From positions 768,001-832,000 of the forward strand of contig CAWIBO010000002.1 of NCBI GenBank assembly GCA_963834385.1: DNA of 64,000 nt, read 5' to 3'. The translations under genes were made by a program, and so were the position numbers. Under the pieces are notes generated by a model, which was not told the origin of the DNA, did no database searches, and saw only the letters and a list, made by a program, of their open reading frames with translations. Positions within the stretch are counted from its first letter, which is position 1. Every line of letters starts with the position of its first letter. This stretch comes from an uncultured Verrucomicrobiae bacterium (GTDB lineage: Bacteria; Verrucomicrobiota; Verrucomicrobiia; Chthoniobacterales; UBA10450). Shown here piece by piece: positions 29,634-40,232 of the stretch.

Positions 29634-30455
29634 TCAGTTGGTTGAATGATTGAGCGCGTGCACCGCGCCCGTCTGCTCGTCCCAGGCATGGAACCGGGCA
29701 ATGGCGTTGCTGACGTAAGTCTTGGCTCCGCGCACGGCGGCTTCGAGATCAAATCCCCGCGCCAACCCTGCCGCAATCCCGGCCGCGTAGGTGCACCCGG
29801 TTCCGTGCGTGCCCACTCCCCGCGTAAAAGGCGCGGATAATTCGAGGGGAGGTGCATCCGGCCGGCAAAGCAGATCAATCGCCTCGTCGCCCTGTAGATG
29901 GCCGCCTTTCAGGAGAACCGGCACACCGTACCTGGCCGCCAGGACCGGTCCCGCCCGGCGCATCGCTTTCAGGTCGGAGATTTCCTCCCCGAGAAGCACC
30001 CGCGCTTCGTCCAGGTTCGGTGTCAGCACCGCCGCCAGGGGAAAGAGGTCGTGCTCATAGGCGGCGACCGCATCCGGTCGCAGCAACGGGTCACCGCTCG
30101 TCGCCACCATCACCGGGTCGACCACGAGCGGGAGAGAACGACCCGTCTGCTTCATGGCGGCGAAACAGGCCGCGGTCGCCCGCACCGTTTCCGCGGAGTA
30201 AAGCATGCCGGTTTTGGCCGCACCAATCGGGAACCCCTGAAAAAGAACCTCAATCTGCGCGCGGACCATGTCCGGGTCGATCGCTTCAATGCGCGTGACC
30301 TTTCCCGGGATCTCGGCCACCACGCAGGTGACCGCGCTCACGCCGTAGATTCCGAAGGCGGAAAATGTTTTCAGGTCGGCCTGCAGCCCGGCGCCGGCGC
30401 TGCTGTCGGAACCGGCGACGGTCAGCGCCACCGGCGGAGAGGAAGGCGCGGGCAT
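29634..30455 (-). CDS. thiD: Hydroxymethylpyrimidine/phosphomethylpyrimidine kinase
   Basis: Motifs AGSDSSAGAGLQADLKT, KTGML, VDPVMVATSG, TPN, LKGGH and THGTGCT. Confidence 0.95.
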   Translation of the reverse strand: MPAPSSPPVALTVAGSDSSAGAGLQADLKTFSAFGIYGVSAVTCVVAEIPGKVTRIEAIDPDMVRAQIEVLFQGFPIGAAKTGMLYSAETVRATAACFAAMKQTGRSLPLVVDPVMVATSGDPLLRPDAVAAYEHDLFPLAAVLTPNLDEARVLLGEEISDLKAMRRAGPVLAARYGVPVLLKGGHLQGDEAIDLLCRPDAPPLELSAPFTRGVGTHGTGCTYAAGIAAGLARGFDLEAAVRGAKTYVSNAIARFHAWDEQTGAVHALNHSTN

Positions 30456-30470
30456 CGCGCAGGGAGGAGC

Positions 30471-30704
30471 CTAGCCGCCGTCCGCCCCGATGGCTTCCAC
30501 CGGGCAGCCTTCCATCGCTTCCTTGCAGAGGGCTTCCTCTTCCGGACTGGTCGGCTGGTTGTAAACAAAGGAATGCCCGCCGTCGTCGTTCCGTTTGAAA
30601 TTCGCCGGGGCGGTCTCGCGACAGAGATCGCAGTCGATGCACTGGTCATCGACATAAAATTGTCCCTCGATATTTTCCGGATATTTGTTTGCGGCGTCGG
30701 CCAT
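30471..30704 (-). CDS. Ferredoxin
   Basis: CIDCDLC...AP and CPVEAIG. Confidence 0.92.
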   Translation of the reverse strand: MADAANKYPENIEGQFYVDDQCIDCDLCRETAPANFKRNDDGGHSFVYNQPTSPEEEALCKEAMEGCPVEAIGADGG

Positions 30705-30783
30705 AGTTTTTCCTCGGAAAGGGAAGGTGATGAAAAAATGGGGGAGGCGCAACCCCGCATTTTGCCGCACCGTGCGTGGCGGC

Positions 30784-31707
30784 ATGAGCAGCTCCGGCAA
30801 TTCCCCGAAAACTGTCGTGAACTGGCTGGGCCATCTTTGGCGCGAATGGACGGTGAAAAGCTGGCGCCCGGTCGCTCCCGCGGCCGCGCGTCCCGAACCC
30901 GCCCTTTGGTCGCCTGACCGCGTTACCGCCTCCTGGCTGGGCCACTCGACCGTGCTCCTGAACCTGTCTGGCTTTTGGATATTGACCGATCCCGTGCTTT
31001 TCCCGCGCATCGGCATCCGCCTCCCCTTCCTCACCCTGGGTCCGAAACGGCTGACCGCCCCGGCGCTGCGGGTGGACGAACTTCCCCCGATCGATCTCGT
31101 CCTGCTTTCCCACGCGCACTTTGATCACCTTGATCGCCCCACCCTGCGCCGTCTGCGCGGCGCGGCCGTGATCGTTCCCTCCCGCGTCCGGGACCTCGTC
31201 GACGATCTTTCCTTTCGCTCGGTGCACGAGGTGCATTGGGGCGACGAGGCGACGCTGGCGGCCCCCTCCGGTCCGGTGCGGGTGCGCGCCTTCCCCGTGG
31301 CCCACTGGGGCGCCCGCCTCCGGCGCGACACCTGGCGCGGTTACAACGGCTACGTGGTGCAACACCGGGACACCCGCATCATCTTCGGCGGCGACAGCGC
31401 CCTCACGGAGAGCTTCGCCGCCCTCCGTGACGACCGGCCTTATGATCTCGCCATCATGTCGATCGGCGCCTACCAGCCCTGGATTCGCGCGCACTGCACC
31501 CCGGAGCAGGCCATCGCCATGGCCGGGGCTGCCGGCGCCCGCTTCATCATGCCGGTGCATCACCAGACTTTTCGGCTGAGCTTTGAGCCCTTCCGGGAGC
31601 CGATCGAGCGTTTCACCGCCGCCCTCGCGCAGACCCCGGAGCGGATTGCCCTGCGCGACATTGGCGAGACGTTCGTCCTGCCCGCCCGGGAAGCCGGCCC
31701 GCCGTAG
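30784..31707 (+). CDS. MBL-fold metallo-hydrolase (NAPE-PLD/RomA-like)
   Basis: Motifs WLGHST, TDPV, SHAHFDHLD, GGDS, IGAY and PVHHQTF. Confidence 0.88.
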   Translation: MSSSGNSPKTVVNWLGHLWREWTVKSWRPVAPAAARPEPALWSPDRVTASWLGHSTVLLNLSGFWILTDPVLFPRIGIRLPFLTLGPKRLTAPALRVDELPPIDLVLLSHAHFDHLDRPTLRRLRGAAVIVPSRVRDLVDDLSFRSVHEVHWGDEATLAAPSGPVRVRAFPVAHWGARLRRDTWRGYNGYVVQHRDTRIIFGGDSALTESFAALRDDRPYDLAIMSIGAYQPWIRAHCTPEQAIAMAGAAGARFIMPVHHQTFRLSFEPFREPIERFTAALAQTPERIALRDIGETFVLPAREAGPP

Positions 31708-31755
31708 CGCTTGCCGCTGGGGGCGACGGATGCCATCTTGGGCCGCTTTGGTTCC

Positions 31756-31828
31756 GCCGATGTAGCTCAGCTGGTAGAGCAGCTGATTCGTAATCAGCAG
31801 GTCACGGGTTCGAGTCCCGTCATCGGCT
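31756..31828 (+). tRNA. tRNA-Thr(CGT)
   Basis: Acceptor stem gccgatg/catcggc; D-arm gctcagctggtagagc; anticodon arm gctga-tt-CGT-aa-tcagc; T-loop gttcgag. CCA not encoded. Confidence 0.95.
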
Positions 31829-31962
31829 CACCCAAACGGCCGGCCTGCCTGGACGCCGCCGGCACCATCCCGCGAGGGCTGCGGCCCCCCGGACCGAGGG
31901 AGGCGGGGGATGTGATTAGGCTTGTTGCCGGTCGCGAAATGAGCATACTCCGACTCCCCATT

Positions 31963-32553
31963 ATGATGTTGAAATCCCTCTGCACCCTTGTTGTTCTCTT
32001 CTCCCTCGGAACCGCCTTCGGCGAATCCAACTGGAGCGATGCTCCGACCGGCAGCCTGCTTGGCCGCGGTTACACTAAGAGCGGGCCCCGGCTCCAATCC
32101 TCGACTGCCCTGGCCGGACGCCTTCGGAGCGAAGATCCGGCCTTGCGGACCTCACTCTTGAAACTCGACTCCCGCGCCGGCACGGTGGTGGAGGGAATCT
32201 CGCTGATGCCGGAGGCGGTGGCTCAGCAGATCAAGGTGCCGGCCCAGCAGCTCATGACGGAGGCGCGTGCCACCGGCCTGACCTTTGCCGAACTCCTGGT
32301 AGCCCATTCCATCGCCGGGGCGGACAGCAAATCGTTCTCCAGTCTCCTGGCCGCGCGCAAAGCCGGCCGTTCCTGGACGGCACTGGCGCAACAGGCCAAA
32401 ATCAGCCCGGCGTCGATCGCCCGGCGCGCGGATGCCGCGGAAAGCTCGCTGCGGTTCGCCCAGAGCCGTCGTGACCGCCGTCGGGAGCAAAATGTGCGCG
32501 ACGAGGGGATTGGCGGCGCCGTTACCACCGGCCCGCTTCCCGGGGGGAACTAG
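31963..32553 (+). CDS. Hypothetical exported protein
   Basis: Signal peptide MMLKSLCTLVVLFSLGTAFG; helical body. Confidence 0.6.
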   Translation: MMLKSLCTLVVLFSLGTAFGESNWSDAPTGSLLGRGYTKSGPRLQSSTALAGRLRSEDPALRTSLLKLDSRAGTVVEGISLMPEAVAQQIKVPAQQLMTEARATGLTFAELLVAHSIAGADSKSFSSLLAARKAGRSWTALAQQAKISPASIARRADAAESSLRFAQSRRDRRREQNVRDEGIGGAVTTGPLPGGN

Positions 32554-32646
32554 TTTCCCCTCGCCCACAGCCCCGCGGACCCTCTCTTCCCGGCCCGTCC
32601 TCGCCGGTTTACAAACCGGCGGGGCACGCCATATTGGGCGCTCCCG

Positions 32647-33093
32647 ATGTCGATCCTGATCAATATTCTCCTGGCCATCTACGTCCTCGTCGCCCTGCTC
32701 ATGGTGCTGGTCATCCTGATGCAGCGGCCGAAAAGCGAGGGGCTGGGCGCCGCCTTCGGTGGCGGTGTCACGGAGAACATTTTCGGCGCGCAGACCACCA
32801 ATGTCCTGACCAGGATTACCGGCTGGCTCGCCGGAATTTTTCTTGTCCTCACCCTCGTGCTGGCCGTTCTTTATGCGCGCCAAAGCCGTGGCGGGAGTGG
32901 TCTTCGGCGCGAATTGATGAAGGACCAGCCGGCGGCAGTGGTGCCGGCCCAGCCCAGTCCCGCAGCTGCGGCCTCACCGGGGGCAACCGTGCTCCCGAAT
33001 GTCTCCGTGACGCCCGCAACGGCAGCGCCCACGGCGGCTTCGGCTCCGGCGGCAGCGAGTCCCGCGGCCAGCCCGGCCGCTTCCCCCCGCTAG
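32647..33093 (+). CDS. secG: Preprotein translocase subunit SecG
   Basis: ILMQRPKSEGLGAAFGGG..FG....VLTRIT; two TM helices and an Ala/Pro-rich tail. Confidence 0.92.
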   Translation: MSILINILLAIYVLVALLMVLVILMQRPKSEGLGAAFGGGVTENIFGAQTTNVLTRITGWLAGIFLVLTLVLAVLYARQSRGGSGLRRELMKDQPAAVVPAQPSPAAAASPGATVLPNVSVTPATAAPTAASAPAAASPAASPAASPR

Positions 33094-33112
33094 AAAATCC
33101 GGCGCAGGCCGG

Positions 33113-33385
33113 TTACTTCATCGTCCCGGAAAGACCTTCGGGCTTGGGGCCGCCGGCCTTTTCGTTCAGCGCCTGGGTGAATTCCTGCAGGCTGGAAACG
33201 ATCTGCGGCGCCTTGGTCAGCACCGTGCTGGCCAGCTTTTCCGCGTAATCCGGACGCCGCTGCGACATCTCGGAAAGCGCCATCATGACGGCCAGGGCGT
33301 TATTGATCGAGTGCTTGATCTCGCTGAACTTCTGCTGGAGCTGGACAAGTTCCTCTCGGGAAATGGTAGGGGCGGGGTCACTCAT
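33113..33385 (-). CDS. Small helical protein resembling a stand-alone HisKA/DHp domain
   Basis: [19 protein letters not shown] resembles an H-box; no catalytic ATPase domain follows. Confidence 0.65.
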   Translation of the reverse strand: MSDPAPTISREELVQLQQKFSEIKHSINNALAVMMALSEMSQRRPDYAEKLASTVLTKAPQIVSSLQEFTQALNEKAGGPKPEGLSGTMK

Positions 33386-33453
33386 GAATGGCTGATTTCG
33401 CTGGCGAAGCCGGACGAGTGTGATTGACTGACAGGTTCGACATTTTTCGTCCG

Positions 33454-36351
33454 ATGCCAGCCGAAACTATCAAGATCAGTGGGGCGCGCCAGCACAATCT
33501 GAAGAACATCAGCGTGGAGATCCCGCGCGCCCAGCTGGTGGTGATCACCGGCCTGAGCGGTTCCGGGAAGTCGTCCCTGGCCTTCGACACCCTCTATGCC
33601 GAGGGGCAACGGCGCTACGTGGAAAGCCTTTCCGCCTATGCCCGGCAATTCCTCGATAAGATGGAAAAGCCGGATGTCGATTTCATCGAGGGTCTTTCCC
33701 CCGCCATTGCCATCGAGCAGCGCAGTGCCGGCGCCAATCCGCGCTCGACCATCGCCACGACCACGGAGATTTACGATTACCTCCGCATCCTCTTCTCTGC
33801 GGCCGGCCAGCCCCATGATCCCGCCACGGGCGCGCCGGTTCATCGCCAGAGCGCCCAGCAGATCGTCGACCAGATCCTGGATTACCCGGCCGAGACCCGC
33901 ATCGTTCTTCTGGCTCCGCTCGTGCAAAACCAGGCTGGCGAATTCCGCGACGTTATCGAGAAGGCCAGGCGCGAAGGATTTGTTCGTCTCCGGATCGACG
34001 GCGAGATCCTGGAGCTCGGCCAGCCGGAGCCGATCCGCCTCGCCAAATCCAGCCGGCACACCATCGAGGCCGTGGTCGACCGTCTGGTCGTGCGTGAAGG
34101 CATCCGCACGCGGCTGGCCGATTCGGTGGAAACGGCCTTGAAATGGGGCGAACGCCGCCTGCTTGTCCTCCGCCAGCCCCGGGCCGCCGAGACGTGGGAA
34201 GAGCTGCGCTATTCCACCGACTACAGCGCCAACGGGACCGATTTCTCCCTTGGCGAACTGACCCCGCGCCATTTTTCCTTTAATAGCCATCTCGGCGCCT
34301 GCCCCGCCTGTCACGGCCTCGGGACCCAGCTCGTCTGTGACGCGGAACTGATGGTGCCTGATCCGGAGAAATCGCTCGCCGAGGGCGCCATCCTGCCCTG
34401 GCGCCGCGGCACCCGGCGCATGCAGGCTTATTATCGCCAGCTCCAGGGCGCGCTGGTGAAGCATTTCCGCGTCGATGAGGAGACGCCCTTCGAAAAGCTC
34501 CCGGCCGATTTTCGCGAGGCCCTCTACTTCGGGACCGGTGACCGCGCCATCGAGATGAACATGGGGGGCAACGGGAAGGCCGGCCGGTCGCTCAAGCCGT
34601 TCGAGGGGCTCGTTCCCCAGATGCAGCGGCTTTACGAGGAAACAGAGAGCGAGTTCACCCGCAACCGGATTCGCGCCTTCATGAACCGCGTTCCCTGCCA
34701 GGTCTGCCATGGAGCCAGGCTCAAGCCGGAGATTCTCGCCGTCACCGTGAGCGAGACGGATGGGAACGAGATTAACATTCATCAGTTCAGCCAGATGACG
34801 ATTGAGCAGGCCGCGCAGTTCGTGGGGCGGCTTCGGCTGAGCGCCACGCAACGCCTCATCGTCCACGAGGTGGTGCGCGAAATCGCCTCCCGCCTCGGGT
34901 TCCTCGTCGAGGTGGGGCTTGGTTATCTCTCGCTCGATCGGGAGAGCGGCACTCTCTCCGGGGGCGAAGCCCAGCGCATCCGGCTGGCCTCCCAGATCGG
35001 GTCCGGGCTCGCCGGCGTTCTTTACGTGCTCGACGAACCGAGCATCGGTCTGCACCAGCGCGACAACGCGCGCCTGATCGGCACGCTCCGCCGCCTGCGC
35101 GATCTCGGGAACTCGGTCATGGTGGTGGAACACGACGAGGAAACGATCCGGGCGGCCGATCATATCATCGATCTCGGTCCCGGCGCCGGCCCGCGCGGCG
35201 GTGAACTGGTCGCCCAGGGCACGCTGGCCGAGGTGATGAAGGCGAAAAATTCGCCCACGGCGGACTATCTTTCCGGGCGCGCCCGCATTGCCATCCCCCG
35301 CCAGCGCGTCCGCCCCGCCCGCTCGGCGCAGGCGGCGGCGCGCAGCACCGAGGCCTCCGGCTGGCTCACCGTCACCGGCGCCCGCGAGTTCAATCTCAAG
35401 GAGATTGATGTGATGTTTCCGCTCGGCTGTTTCACCTGTGTGACCGGCGTCTCCGGCAGCGGCAAATCGACGCTGGTCGACGACATCCTGCGCCGCGCCC
35501 TTTTCCGCCACTTTTACAACTCGAAGGAGAAACCGGGTGCCTTCCGTTCCTTGATCGGCCTGGAACAGATCGACAAGGCCATCGTGATCGACCAGAGCGC
35601 CATTGGACGGACCCCGCGCTCGAACCCGATCACCTACACCGGAGCCTTCACCCCGATCCGCGAGCTTTTCAGCCAGTTGCCGGCCGCGCGGGTGCGGGGT
35701 TACGACGCCGGCCGTTTCAGTTTCAACGTCAAGGGTGGCCGCTGTGAGAACTGCGAAGGGGGCGGTCTGATCAAGATCGAGATGCATTTTCTCCCGGATG
35801 TCTATGTGGAGTGCGAGGTCTGCCGCGGACAGCGTTACAACCGGGAGACCCTCGAGATCACTTACAAAGGGAAGAATATCGCCGATGTGCTGGCCCTCAC
35901 GGTGGACGAGGCCGCGCGCTTTTTTCGCAATGTGCCCGCCGTGGCCGACCGGCTCGACGCGCTCCTCGATGTCGGTCTTGGCTATCTTCAGCTCGGCCAG
36001 GCCGGCACCACCCTCTCCGGCGGCGAAGCCCAGCGCATCAAACTCGCGACCGAGCTGGCCAAGAAAGCCACCGGCCGCACGCTCTATATCCTCGACGAGC
36101 CCACCACGGGCCTGCATTTTGCCGATATCGAGCGGCTCTTGCGCGTGCTCATGAAATTGCGCGACGCCGGCAACACGCTCGTGGTCATTGAGCACAACCT
36201 CGAAATGATCAAATGCGCCGACTGGATCATCGATCTCGGCCCGGAAGGGGGCTCGGGCGGCGGGCGCATTGTCGGGCAGGGCACCCCGGAGGAAATCGCC
36301 GCGATTTCCGGGAGTTACACCGGCCGTTACCTGCGGCCGCTGCTGCAATAA
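33454..36351 (+). CDS. uvrA: Excinuclease ABC subunit A (canonical length)
   Basis: [38 protein letters not shown], two LSGGEAQRI motifs, LDEP Walker B motifs and zinc fingers. Confidence 0.97.
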   Translation: MPAETIKISGARQHNLKNISVEIPRAQLVVITGLSGSGKSSLAFDTLYAEGQRRYVESLSAYARQFLDKMEKPDVDFIEGLSPAIAIEQRSAGANPRSTIATTTEIYDYLRILFSAAGQPHDPATGAPVHRQSAQQIVDQILDYPAETRIVLLAPLVQNQAGEFRDVIEKARREGFVRLRIDGEILELGQPEPIRLAKSSRHTIEAVVDRLVVREGIRTRLADSVETALKWGERRLLVLRQPRAAETWEELRYSTDYSANGTDFSLGELTPRHFSFNSHLGACPACHGLGTQLVCDAELMVPDPEKSLAEGAILPWRRGTRRMQAYYRQLQGALVKHFRVDEETPFEKLPADFREALYFGTGDRAIEMNMGGNGKAGRSLKPFEGLVPQMQRLYEETESEFTRNRIRAFMNRVPCQVCHGARLKPEILAVTVSETDGNEINIHQFSQMTIEQAAQFVGRLRLSATQRLIVHEVVREIASRLGFLVEVGLGYLSLDRESGTLSGGEAQRIRLASQIGSGLAGVLYVLDEPSIGLHQRDNARLIGTLRRLRDLGNSVMVVEHDEETIRAADHIIDLGPGAGPRGGELVAQGTLAEVMKAKNSPTADYLSGRARIAIPRQRVRPARSAQAAARSTEASGWLTVTGAREFNLKEIDVMFPLGCFTCVTGVSGSGKSTLVDDILRRALFRHFYNSKEKPGAFRSLIGLEQIDKAIVIDQSAIGRTPRSNPITYTGAFTPIRELFSQLPAARVRGYDAGRFSFNVKGGRCENCEGGGLIKIEMHFLPDVYVECEVCRGQRYNRETLEITYKGKNIADVLALTVDEAARFFRNVPAVADRLDALLDVGLGYLQLGQAGTTLSGGEAQRIKLATELAKKATGRTLYILDEPTTGLHFADIERLLRVLMKLRDAGNTLVVIEHNLEMIKCADWIIDLGPEGGSGGGRIVGQGTPEEIAAISGSYTGRYLRPLLQ

Positions 36352-36353
36352 AG

Positions 36354-38771
36354 GTGAGAACTCTTTTTCTCGTCGTTCTCTTCACGGGCGCGCCCGCTCT
36401 TTCCCAGGCGGCCGACGATCTCGCCCGGGCCATCGCGCCCCTCAGGGAAGGGGTTCCCGAAGTCGCCGTCGCCCGGTTGGAAGAGCTCTTGAGCAAACCG
36501 GGGACCGACCGCGCCGCCATCCTCGTGCGACTGGCCGAGGCCCATACCGCCGCCGGCCGCCCGCAGGAAGCGCTGCCGCTCCTGGCTGATCCCCTCCTGC
36601 GCAACAATCCGGAGGCCAGCTTCGGCAAAGCGCAGGCTTTGGCCGCGCTTGGCCGCTGGTCGGAGTCGGCCCAGGCTTATGCCGCCGTGCTCCCGTCGAA
36701 AAATCCGACGCTTTCCGCCCGCGCCCGCTTCGGGCTGGCCGAGGCGGAGCGCGCCTTGGGCCGGAGCGATGCCGCTCTCTCGAATTATCGTGCGCTGCTT
36801 GATGACCCTGTCCTCGGCACCGAGGCCCGTTTCCGCTCCGTGGACCTTCTCCTCCAAAAAAATAATGTGGCGGGAGCCACCACGACCCTTGAGGCGGTGG
36901 AGGCGAAAACACCCGCAGAACGCAAGGCCCGCCGGTTTTGGCGGGGCCGCGTCGCCGCGGCCGACGGCAACAAGGCGCGCGCCATCGCTTCCTTTCGCGC
37001 CGTCCTCCGGAAACCGGAGGGAGCCAGTCATGAATTGATCCTGGCTGCGCTCCACGCGCTGGCCGGGACGCAGAGTCCGGCCGACGCGGCGGAAACTCTG
37101 GAAGCCTATCTCGATTCGCACCCCGCCGATCGCGCCCTTCCCGAGTTGTTCGCCCGCCTCGAGACAATCTATCAGGGCACCCGCAAGCCGTGGCGAACCG
37201 AGTTTCGCCGCTGGATTCGTGATCCGGCACAGCCGCGGCGCGCTTTCGCGCAATGGTATCAGGCCCGGGCCGAACTTAAGGCGGGGCGCCCGGCCGAGGC
37301 AGCCGCCCTTTTCCGACAGATGCAACGCGAAGGATTCAGGCACCCCGCCCTGGCGGTGGCGTATCTCGGGGCCGCCCGCCTGCAGGCTGCGCAGGGCCAG
37401 CCCGCCGCGGCGCTCGAGTTGCTCGAGGCCGCGGCCGGTCTCTCGCCGGAACCCGCTTTCCGCCATGAAATCGAATGGCTGCGCGCCGCCACCATTTATC
37501 AGGCCGGTGATTTCGCCGGTGCCGCGGAAGCCTTCGCCGGCGTCGCCGCCGCCGGGCGCGACCGGGCCGAGGCCGCTCGTTTCAATTCCGCCCTGTCGTG
37601 GCTGCAAGCCGACGCGCCGGAAAAATTCCGGGAGGCTTATCGCCGGGTCGCGAACGAGAAGGACGCAAAAGCAGGCGACCTCCTTCTGGAAGAAGGCCTT
37701 TCGCTGGCGGCCAAAAACACGGCGAAGGCCGAGGAGGCGCTGCGCCGGTTCACCCGCGATCATCCCGATCACGCCCGCATCGATGAGGCCTGGCTGGCCC
37801 TGGCGGAACTCGCTTTCCATCGGCAGCCGCCCGGGATCAACGAGGCGCGCCAGCTCCTTAAACGGCTCGACCCGGCCCGGTCCGGCCCGCGCGTCCGCGA
37901 AGACGCCGCCTTTCTTCGGGTTTGGCTGGAAGAGGCGCGCCCCGAAGCTTCGGAGAACGCCGTCCGGGCGCGGGCCCTGGATTTCCTGCGCGAGTTTCCT
38001 GAATCGCCCCGCGCACCTGAGGTCCGGATGAAACTGGCCGAGCTGTATTGGGACCAGCAGGATTTCGCGAATGCCCAGACGCAGTTTGAAACCCTGGCGC
38101 GCCGGCATCCCCAGCATCCGTTGGCGGAAAAGGCGCTCTTTTTTGCGGGGCAATCAGCCCGTTCCACCATGGGCCCGGATGCACTCGACCGGGCCCTGTC
38201 CCTGTTCAATGAAGTGGCGGCCCGCCAGGGGGAGCTGCAATGGACCGCGCGCAACGAACAGGCCATGATCGAGCGGAAGCTGGGGAAGAATGACGAAGCC
38301 CTCCTGCTTTACGAGCAGGTTCTGGCGCAGAGCGGGAAGGCCGCCGATCGCCGCGAGGCGCTCACCGGCAGCGGGGATGTCCATTTTGAACGCGGCACGG
38401 CCAATCCGGAGGATTACCGGCGCGCCCTCCAATTTTATGAGCGGCTCATCGCAGACACGCAGGCCGGCTCGCACTGGCGAAACCAGGCGCTCTACAAAAA
38501 GGCGCTGGCCCTGGACAAGCTGGGCGAGACCGCGGCCGCGCTGGCAGCCTACTACGAAGTGCTGGAACAACCCCTGCGCGCCGAGCGCGCCCCGGAACTC
38601 TTCTGGTATTACAAGGCCGGGTTTGATGCCGCGCAGCTCCTCGAACGCCAGGAGAAATGGGAATCGGCTGCGGCCATCTACGAGAAACTGGTCGGGGCCG
38701 CCGGCCCGCGCAGCGCGGAGGCTGCCGCCCGCCTGAAGAGGCTGCGCCTCGAGCATTTTCTCTGGCCCTGA
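36354..38771 (+). CDS. Exported tetratricopeptide repeat protein
   Basis: Signal peptide and many Ala/Leu-rich helical repeats (e.g. A...F..L...HP.HP.A.KA). Confidence 0.8.
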   Translation: MRTLFLVVLFTGAPALSQAADDLARAIAPLREGVPEVAVARLEELLSKPGTDRAAILVRLAEAHTAAGRPQEALPLLADPLLRNNPEASFGKAQALAALGRWSESAQAYAAVLPSKNPTLSARARFGLAEAERALGRSDAALSNYRALLDDPVLGTEARFRSVDLLLQKNNVAGATTTLEAVEAKTPAERKARRFWRGRVAAADGNKARAIASFRAVLRKPEGASHELILAALHALAGTQSPADAAETLEAYLDSHPADRALPELFARLETIYQGTRKPWRTEFRRWIRDPAQPRRAFAQWYQARAELKAGRPAEAAALFRQMQREGFRHPALAVAYLGAARLQAAQGQPAAALELLEAAAGLSPEPAFRHEIEWLRAATIYQAGDFAGAAEAFAGVAAAGRDRAEAARFNSALSWLQADAPEKFREAYRRVANEKDAKAGDLLLEEGLSLAAKNTAKAEEALRRFTRDHPDHARIDEAWLALAELAFHRQPPGINEARQLLKRLDPARSGPRVREDAAFLRVWLEEARPEASENAVRARALDFLREFPESPRAPEVRMKLAELYWDQQDFANAQTQFETLARRHPQHPLAEKALFFAGQSARSTMGPDALDRALSLFNEVAARQGELQWTARNEQAMIERKLGKNDEALLLYEQVLAQSGKAADRREALTGSGDVHFERGTANPEDYRRALQFYERLIADTQAGSHWRNQALYKKALALDKLGETAAALAAYYEVLEQPLRAERAPELFWYYKAGFDAAQLLERQEKWESAAAIYEKLVGAAGPRSAEAAARLKRLRLEHFLWP

Positions 38772-38829
38772 GCCGCGCCCGGCCCGAATCGGATTGCCGG
38801 CGCCGGTTTTTTCCGGCAAAATCTCTTCC

Positions 38830-39120
38830 ATGAAGAGAACACGCAGGGGTGCCCTGGTGCGACCCTCGTTCTCGACCCTCGCGGTCGTTGTCCTGCTCGC
38901 CTGGGGCGGGCCGGCCCTGGCCGCGGACGTCAGTAAGAACGTGGCGGCTCCGTCCAAGAACGTGATCGCCGCCAGGGGGCAGCAGGCCCAGCAGCCCAGA
39001 AAAGTAAAACGCTACGTGATGACCATTGCGTCGGCCATCCCCGTGCCGGAGGAGCGCTACCTCGGCACGCCGACCACGCCCTCGCCCGTCATCATCGTCC
39101 AGCGCGCGCCCGGCCGGTAA
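38830..39120 (+). CDS. Hypothetical small exported protein
   Basis: Basic N-region, hydrophobic core and ALA cleavage site. Confidence 0.55.
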   Translation: MKRTRRGALVRPSFSTLAVVVLLAWGGPALAADVSKNVAAPSKNVIAARGQQAQQPRKVKRYVMTIASAIPVPEERYLGTPTTPSPVIIVQRAPGR

Positions 39121-39154
39121 GGCACGGGTGAGAGCGCCGGTTTACGGCGAGCGT

Positions 39155-40171
39155 TTACGCCCGCCGCGCGCCTCCCTTTTTCTTCGACCAGCCGAGCTGT
39201 GCCCGCAGTCTCTTCCCCGTTCGTTCCAGCGGATGCTTCTCCGCGGCCTCGCGCAGACGGCGCAGGTTCTTTCCGCCAGTCCGCGTTTCCCGCAGCAAAT
39301 CGCGCGCGAATTTTCCCTGCCGAATCTCCGTCAGGATCCGATTCATCCGGCGGCGCACAGAGGCATCAATCACCCTTGGCCCGATCGTGAGATCACCCCA
39401 GAGCGCCGTCTCGGAAATGCGCGCGCGCATTCCGGCCACGCCCCGTTCGTGCATCAGGTCGACAATGAATTTCAGCTCGTGCAGGCATTCAAAATAAGCC
39501 AGCTCCGGCGCGTAACCCGCCTCCACCAGCGTCTCAAACCCGGTCAGGACCAGGCGGGTGACGCCGCCGCACAACACCGCCTGCTCGCTGAACAGGTCAG
39601 TTTCCGTTTCTTCCCGGAAGGTGGTCTCGATCACACCCGCCCGGGTGCAGCCGATCGCCGCCGCCCAGCCCAGCGCCACCCGGCGGGCCCGGGCGCTGCT
39701 CCCTTTTCCCACCGCGATCAACCCGGGCACACCGCGCCCCGCAACAAACTCGCTCCGCACCATCGGCCCGAGACCTTTCGGCGCCACCATCACGACATCA
39801 ACCCCGCGCGGCGCCCGGACCAGGCCGTAGGTCACGGCAAAGCCATGGGCAAAAAGCAGGGTCTGCCCCGGCCGGAGGGCCGGCCGAATCTGCTCCGCGA
39901 AAACGCTCTCCATCCGCGTGTCCGGCAGCGCCAGGAAAATGACTTCGCCGGCCCGCACCGCTTCCGTCGTGGAGAGGACATGGAAGCCCTCCTGCCGCGC
40001 CGGTCGCCGTGACCTGCTCTTCGGCGGGAGCCCAATCACGACGGTGAGCCCGCTGTCGCGCAGGTTCAACGCCTGGGCGCGGCCTTGCGAACCGAAGCCG
40101 AGGATGGCGCAAACCTTGTCGCGCAGCACACGACGATCAGCCGCTTTCTCGTGAAGGATCCGGGCTGCCAT
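39155..40171 (-). CDS. ilvC: Ketol-acid reductoisomerase
   Basis: Motifs GFGSQG..ALNLRDSG, FAHGF, VAPKG.G, ETTF.EETETDLF.EQAVLCGG and AYFECLHELK. Confidence 0.96.
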   Translation of the reverse strand: MAARILHEKAADRRVLRDKVCAILGFGSQGRAQALNLRDSGLTVVIGLPPKSRSRRPARQEGFHVLSTTEAVRAGEVIFLALPDTRMESVFAEQIRPALRPGQTLLFAHGFAVTYGLVRAPRGVDVVMVAPKGLGPMVRSEFVAGRGVPGLIAVGKGSSARARRVALGWAAAIGCTRAGVIETTFREETETDLFSEQAVLCGGVTRLVLTGFETLVEAGYAPELAYFECLHELKFIVDLMHERGVAGMRARISETALWGDLTIGPRVIDASVRRRMNRILTEIRQGKFARDLLRETRTGGKNLRRLREAAEKHPLERTGKRLRAQLGWSKKKGGARRA

Positions 40172-40232
40172 GGGGAGGCGATGCTACGCCGCCCGAAGCG
40201 CCAAGCAAAGCGGCAACGATGATCGCCCGCCT

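Noticed and set aside
31756..32553. Genomic island integrated at tRNA-Thr (or at tRNA-Ser, 60110)
   Set aside because: No integrase and no duplicated tRNA 3' end was found; the flanking genes are housekeeping.
33386..33453. LexA/SOS box upstream of either uvrA
   Set aside because: No convincing TGTTC-N4-GAACA-like or other palindrome was seen.
33382..36348. 988-aa antisense ORF, and similar long antisense ORFs (e.g. 1796..3475, 52761..54398, 57582..59615)
   Set aside because: They are shadows of real genes caused by high-GC codon bias and have no recognisable motifs.
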